Origin: Nitrospinota bacterium
GTDB taxonomy: Bacteria > UBA8248
Direction: 5' to 3'
DNA length: 64,000 nucleotides
NCBI GenBank assembly: GCA_030754595.1
Contig: JASLZZ010000111.1
Coordinates: 1-64,000 of the forward strand
The notes beneath the pieces are model-generated. The model saw only the letters and a list, made by a program, of their open reading frames with translations. It did no database searches and was not told the DNA's origin. Each line of letters begins with the position of its first letter. The stretch's first letter is position 1. Made by a program: the position numbers and the translations under genes. Below are positions 59,433 to 64,000 of this stretch, in pieces.

Positions 59433-59505
59433 TAAAAAGCCGCCAAAATAAATAAATTTTTAACCTGTTGAATTAAAGAAGATTAGGCCGTTTTCAGCCG
59501 GCAAA

Positions 59506-60696
59506 TCACCCCCCGGCGAGGCGCTGGCGCTCCCTGATGCGGTAAACCATGGTCCCCGCGAGGGTGGCAATTGAGGAGATGACCGCATAGAAAAGAAACG
59601 AGCGCTGGAGCCCCACGGTCTGGGCGATGAGCCCGCCCACGAAGGGAGAGAGGCTTCCGGCGACCTCGTTCGTGGAGTAGAGAAGCCCGACCGAACTGGC
59701 GCGGCTCTTCTCGTCGAACATCTCGGTCATCACCGAGAGAATAGGTCCCTGCGAAGGGCCGAGGGTGGTGGCGAGCGCCACCATGAGCGCGAAAAACATC
59801 CACGCCGTATCCGGCAACGGCATCAGGGCGAGGGCCAGGGTGCTTGCCGCCATCGTCCCGACGATAAAGCTCGTGTGCTTGAAGCGGTCCGAGAGTTTTC
59901 CCATCAGGATCGAACTTCCCGTCCCGGAGAGATAGTAGCTGGTCACGATCCACCCGATGCCGGTGGTCTGGTAGCCGAAACTCTCCGCCAGCAGGAGCGG
60001 AAAAAAGGTCATCGTACCCCGCCCAATCATGACCCGGCACGAGGAGACCACCAGAAGAAACATCAGCGCACGGTTCCTGAAAAGGCCCCCCAGGGTGGAC
60101 TTCGCCTCCTTGGCCAGCGGGCCGCGCGAGACGGTGGTCCCCCTCGGAAAGACCATCCATAGGAGCGCCGCCCAGAGGAGGCCGGGCAGGACAAAAATCT
60201 GCGCCGCCGTGCGCCAGCTCATGAAAACCATCGCCAGCCATCCCACGATAGCCGGCGTGAACACGCTCCCGAAGTCGCCACCCGCCTTGAAGAGGCCCAT
60301 GGCGAAGCCGCGCCGCTCGGGCACCTCCTCGGCCATCATCGCCACAGCGGCGGGATGGTAGGCCGAACCCCCGATTCCGCTCACGAACACCAGAAAAAGA
60401 AGGGTCGAATACTCCGCCGTCCATCCAAAAAAGAATACGGGCAGGGCGTTGATGACGAGAGAGAGGACGACCACCAGCCTCCGCCGCCCCGAGTAGTCGG
60501 CGGCGAAGGAGATGGGAAACTGAAACAGGCTGTTTCCGGCCGCGTAGGCAGTAACGATGAGGCCAGTCTGGGCGTAGGTCAAGCCGAAGTCGGCCACGAT
60601 GAGCGGGAGCACAGGGGTGAGCACCCGGTTATAGACCGAGTTCACCGAATGGCTCCCGGAGAGAACGAAAAGTTTGAAATTGGTTCCAAAGTTCAT
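59506..60696 (-). CDS. MFS transporter (FSR-like)
   Basis: AYHPAA, RRGFAMG, GKLSDRF. Confidence 0.88.
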   Translation of the reverse strand: MNFGTNFKLFVLSGSHSVNSVYNRVLTPVLPLIVADFGLTYAQTGLIVTAYAAGNSLFQFPISFAADYSGRRRLVVVLSLVINALPVFFFGWTAEYSTLLFLVFVSGIGGSAYHPAAVAMMAEEVPERRGFAMGLFKAGGDFGSVFTPAIVGWLAMVFMSWRTAAQIFVLPGLLWAALLWMVFPRGTTVSRGPLAKEAKSTLGGLFRNRALMFLLVVSSCRVMIGRGTMTFFPLLLAESFGYQTTGIGWIVTSYYLSGTGSSILMGKLSDRFKHTSFIVGTMAASTLALALMPLPDTAWMFFALMVALATTLGPSQGPILSVMTEMFDEKSRASSVGLLYSTNEVAGSLSPFVGGLIAQTVGLQRSFLFYAVISSIATLAGTMVYRIRERQRLAGG

Positions 60697-60812
60697 ATGG
60701 CCGCGCTTGTCAGGAAACATCTCGGGAAAGTAGGTTAGTCCGAATCAAGATGAAGAGTGTAACACGAGGCTTCCAGCGAACGGGGGCAGCGGACGGAGGC
60801 AGGAGAGGGTTT

Positions 60813-61812
60813 ATGGCCAATGAAAAGGCTCGTCTAGTGTTTGTGGGCCTCGGCAACTGGGGAACCCGGCTCGCCCGAGCGGCGGAGCGCGGCGAAGAGG
60901 CGGAAATCCTCCGTTGCTTCGCCCGGACCGAAGAATCGCGGCGGGATTTCGCCGAAAAATTCGGCTGCGCTCCGGCTGAGAGCCTGCGAGAGATACTGCG
61001 CGACGATTCGGTCGAGGGCGTTGTCGTCTCCACTCCGCACTCCACCCACGCTGAAATCATCCACCAGGCCGCCGACGCGGGAAAATATCTTTTCGTCGAA
61101 AAGCCCCTCACGCTGACGGTGGAGGAAGGAAGGCGGGCCGTCGCCGCCGCCGAGGCCGCCGGTGTCGTCCTTCAGATCGGCCATCACCGCCGTCGGCTGG
61201 AAGCCACCCGTAAAATCCGCCGCCTGAAAGAGTCCGGTGAACTCGGAATACTCCACCAGCTCGAGGCCCATGTATACAACGCCAACCGGCAAAAACCCGC
61301 CGCCGGCTGGCACAACGACCCGGCCGAGTGGCCGCTGGGCGGGATGACGGGCCGCGGCGTCCACATGGTCGATAACTTTCACTACCTCGCGGGCCCGGTG
61401 AAGCGGGTCATCGCCTTCAGCAAAAAAAGTGCTCGGCGCGACACGGCTCGACGATATCACCTCGATCGGACTCGAGTTCGAGAGCGGCCCGCTGGGGTAC
61501 ATCGGCGTCTCCCAGGTCATTCCGCTTTCCATCCGGACAACCGCCTTTGGCACCGAGGCCGCCGCATGGAGCGAGGAGGACGGAACGAGACTCTTCTTCC
61601 AGAAAAAAGGGAAGCAGGCCCGCTCGGAGATTACGGTCGAAAGCGGTGACACGCTGTCCGATCAGCTCCGCGAGTTCGCCAGCTGTATCCGGGAGGGAGC
61701 GGCGCCCGAGACGGGCGGGGCCGAGGGGCTCGAAGTGGTAGCCGCGATGGAGGCCATTATCGAGAGCGCTAAAAGCGGCCGGCTGGCTGAGGTCGCCGAT
61801 TTTCGCGCCTGA
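60813..61812 (+). pseudogene. Gfo/Idh/MocA oxidoreductase, frameshift at A7 run
   Basis: VGLGNWG, FVEKPL, GVHMVD; +1 A at 61422-28 shifts away from VLGATRLDD...EGLEVVAAMEAI. Confidence 0.85.
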
Positions 61813-61825
61813 GACGCTATCGGGA

Positions 61826-62533
61826 TCAGGCGGACGCGGTCTTCTTTCTCCCCTCGGCCGGGAGGGTGGGCGCCTTCTCGGGGCGCTTCGGCCCCCAGAC
61901 GCGGGAGTAATAAGAGTCGGCGAGATAGAGCGCGCCGATGGGGTTGTGGGCCAGGACGCGGTCCTTGACGACCAGCGTGGTGACCAGCGCCTCCGAGAAG
62001 CGATAGAACTGGCTGTCGTGCCCGACGCACAGACCGAGGACAATATTGAACTCGCAGCCCGCGCGGTTCAGCAACTCCGCCTGGGAGATCGGATTGCATA
62101 GCGATTCGTGTTGGCCGGGGCGAACTTTTTCCTCGTCCTTGAGACCGATGTTCTCTTTGGGGACCCCTCCGTTCTTGCAGGCCGCCGAATACACCTCGAG
62201 GCCGTGGCTCTCGAGTATGGCGCTCAGCGTCTGGGCAAGATCGACGAAACTGATGCAGGTGGCGATGCCGATCTGGGTAAACCCCATTTTTTTGGCGAAG
62301 GCACAGATCTCCTCCACCCGCGTCCAACGGCAATAGCCTTCGCTCTCCACCCGGGTCGACTCCTGGGCCACGCGATAGATGAACGGATCGTCATACTTTT
62401 TCCAGGAGAGTTCGATGGCATCCTGATCGACCTTGGAGGGACAGTACCCGGGGCCCCGCTCCTCGGACTCTCCCTCCCGGCAGGCCCTGACGGCCGGCGG
62501 GCAGTAGGCGCAGCCGGGTTTTTCGTAACGCAT
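61826..62533 (-). CDS. DUF1847 domain metal-binding protein
   Basis: TRVEEI, IGIATC, CKNG, CNPISQA, GLCVGHD, VKDRVLAHNP. Confidence 0.88.
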   Translation of the reverse strand: MRYEKPGCAYCPPAVRACREGESEERGPGYCPSKVDQDAIELSWKKYDDPFIYRVAQESTRVESEGYCRWTRVEEICAFAKKMGFTQIGIATCISFVDLAQTLSAILESHGLEVYSAACKNGGVPKENIGLKDEEKVRPGQHESLCNPISQAELLNRAGCEFNIVLGLCVGHDSQFYRFSEALVTTLVVKDRVLAHNPIGALYLADSYYSRVWGPKRPEKAPTLPAEGRKKTASA

Positions 62534-62712
62534 GACAAATCCCTCCAATATTAAAAAAGCCGGATAGGACATTCCGTTGACCTGAAGCGCGGCCTACCCG
62601 GGGAAGATAACACAATCAAGACTATCAAATCTTTTTTAGTAAACGATCCTGCGATCAGGGTTTCAGGACTTTAATTCATCGGCAAATGGCGGGCGAAAAC
62701 TTTCGCCGCCTC

Positions 62713-63555
62713 CTACAGGGTGCGGTCCGGGTCAATGGTCTCGGAGGTTTCCTTGGCCAAGGGGGTCGAGGCGAGCAGGCGGTAGACGTCGAGAGCGCCT
62801 TGGTGGAATTTCGGAGTCACGCCTGCGGCTTCGTAGGTGGCGGCAATCTCCTCCATCTCGCCGATATAGCGGGCCGAGACGGAGGGCAGCCGCCGGGCGC
62901 CCGATTCGATTTGTTTATAAAGCGCTTCCCGGCCCTCCAGAAGCTCATCGCGAAGCTCGGCGGTCAGCCCGAGCGCCACGGCCACGGTGAACACCGCCGT
63001 CTGGAGCGCGAGCGTTCCCTTGGTCATCGAGGCGTAGCACATCTTGAGACCCGAGGCGCGGCCAATCTTGTCCCCGATGGGACGCACCCGGATGCTCTTC
63101 CCGTCGAGCTCGCTCATCAGGGAGGCGCGTTCGCCGCTCACGTAAAAGCGCGGCTGGGCCCCCGTTCCGGGGGGACCGCCGATGATTCCGCCGTCGATGA
63201 AATCGGCGCCGGCCCGAGCGATCTCATCGCCAATGCGCCGGGCGGTGGCCGGAGAGACAGCGTTGCAGTCGGCATAGGGCAGAGCGTTGCCCGAATCGCT
63301 CATCGCCTGGGCGACGGCCGAGGCCATCTCCGCCGCCTTGGCGGGAGGACCGATAGAGAGGACCAGATCGGCTTCGGCCAGCATTTCCCCGAGACCCGGC
63401 GTATCCCCGATCCCCGCCCGTTCGGCTAAATTCCGGGTCAAATCGCTCCTTCCCTCGAGACAGGTGATGACGCTCAGACCGCCCGCGAGCAGTCCCCGCC
63501 CGACGGCATGCCCCATTTCGCCGGGGCTCATGATGGCAACAGTCTTTATCGGCAT
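62713..63555 (-). CDS. NAD(P)-dependent oxidoreductase (6PGDH/3HIBDH-like, DUF1932)
   Basis: SPGEMG, DCNAVSP, DGGIIGGPP, ASGLKMCYA, RYIGEMEEIA. Confidence 0.88.
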   Translation of the reverse strand: MPIKTVAIMSPGEMGHAVGRGLLAGGLSVITCLEGRSDLTRNLAERAGIGDTPGLGEMLAEADLVLSIGPPAKAAEMASAVAQAMSDSGNALPYADCNAVSPATARRIGDEIARAGADFIDGGIIGGPPGTGAQPRFYVSGERASLMSELDGKSIRVRPIGDKIGRASGLKMCYASMTKGTLALQTAVFTVAVALGLTAELRDELLEGREALYKQIESGARRLPSVSARYIGEMEEIAATYEAAGVTPKFHQGALDVYRLLASTPLAKETSETIDPDRTL

Positions 63556-63641
63556 GCTTTTTCTCCTAAATCGGGGTTGAATTCGCGCCCTCTCACCAAA
63601 CCGGGGAGTTATTTTCAGACTAAATCGGGTTTTTTACTATC

Positions 63642-63671
63642 TTGCACATAAAATGGTTTCCGTAGTATACT
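63642..63671 (+). promoter_or_regulatory. Sigma70-type promoter of the csp gene
   Basis: TTGCAC, 18-nt spacer, TATACT. Confidence 0.5.
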
Positions 63672-63774
63672 TAGGATCTCCACGATGGGCGTGGTTCAGT
63701 TTTTTTAGCGGCTCAGCTCCGCCGTCACAGGGACGCCCGGCTAAACCGCTGGTTACATTGCAGGAGATTCAAAG

Positions 63775-63978
63775 GTGGCACAAGGCACAGTGAAGTGGTT
63801 TAACGACTCGAAGGGCTTCGGATTTATTTCTCAGGAAGATGGCGATGACGTATTTGTCCATTTTTCCGCTATCGGTGGGGACGGCTTCAAAACCCTCGAG
63901 GAAGGGCAGGCGGTGACATTCGAAATCACTGAAGGCCCTAAAGGGCTTCAGGCGTCGAATGTCGTAAAAGCTGAGTAA
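63775..63978 (+). CDS. cspA: Cold-shock protein
   Basis: [31 protein letters not shown]. Confidence 0.95.
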   Translation: MAQGTVKWFNDSKGFGFISQEDGDDVFVHFSAIGGDGFKTLEEGQAVTFEITEGPKGLQASNVVKAE

Positions 63979-64000
63979 TCCTAACGTTAATTCGGCTATG

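Overview
GC-rich bacterial chromosomal window. The yicC-gmk-coaBC-udg and purE-tsaC gene order, DUF4911 and DUF1847 give it a deltaproteobacterial/Nitrospinota-like look, but the taxon is a low-confidence inference. Intact housekeeping genes are hemW, NFACT/Rqc2, yicC, gmk, coaBC, udg, rarA, ridA, purE, tsaC, thrC, dnaN, an mltD-like gene and a csp. Other intact genes include a tungstate ABC system (tupABC), many catabolic enzymes and transporters, and a sigma54 activator. I found no rRNA, tRNA or CRISPR array. The most striking feature is pervasive decay of accessory genes. About 14 genes carry nonsense codons, homopolymer frameshifts, lost start codons or truncations (IS5 tnp, DUF2235, motA, MBL paralog, yihY, histidine kinase, LLM oxidoreductase, hicA, RHH, thioredoxin, Gfo/Idh/MocA and others), and there are several perfect short tandem duplications. 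Other notable structures: a hicBA cassette bracketed by a diverged 79-bp duplicate of the FAH-gene 3' end next to an AT-rich island; two 5'-truncated genes fused head-to-head; an orphan motA-motB-PilZ-PilZ operon; a NemR-like TetR with two matching operators over a WFGPC/ATT-start thioredoxin; a CX5HGH (BH4-type) PTPS next to an SDR; and a dnaN without dnaA/recF. I cannot demonstrate a clearly novel system from sequence alone; candidates are ranked in findings.
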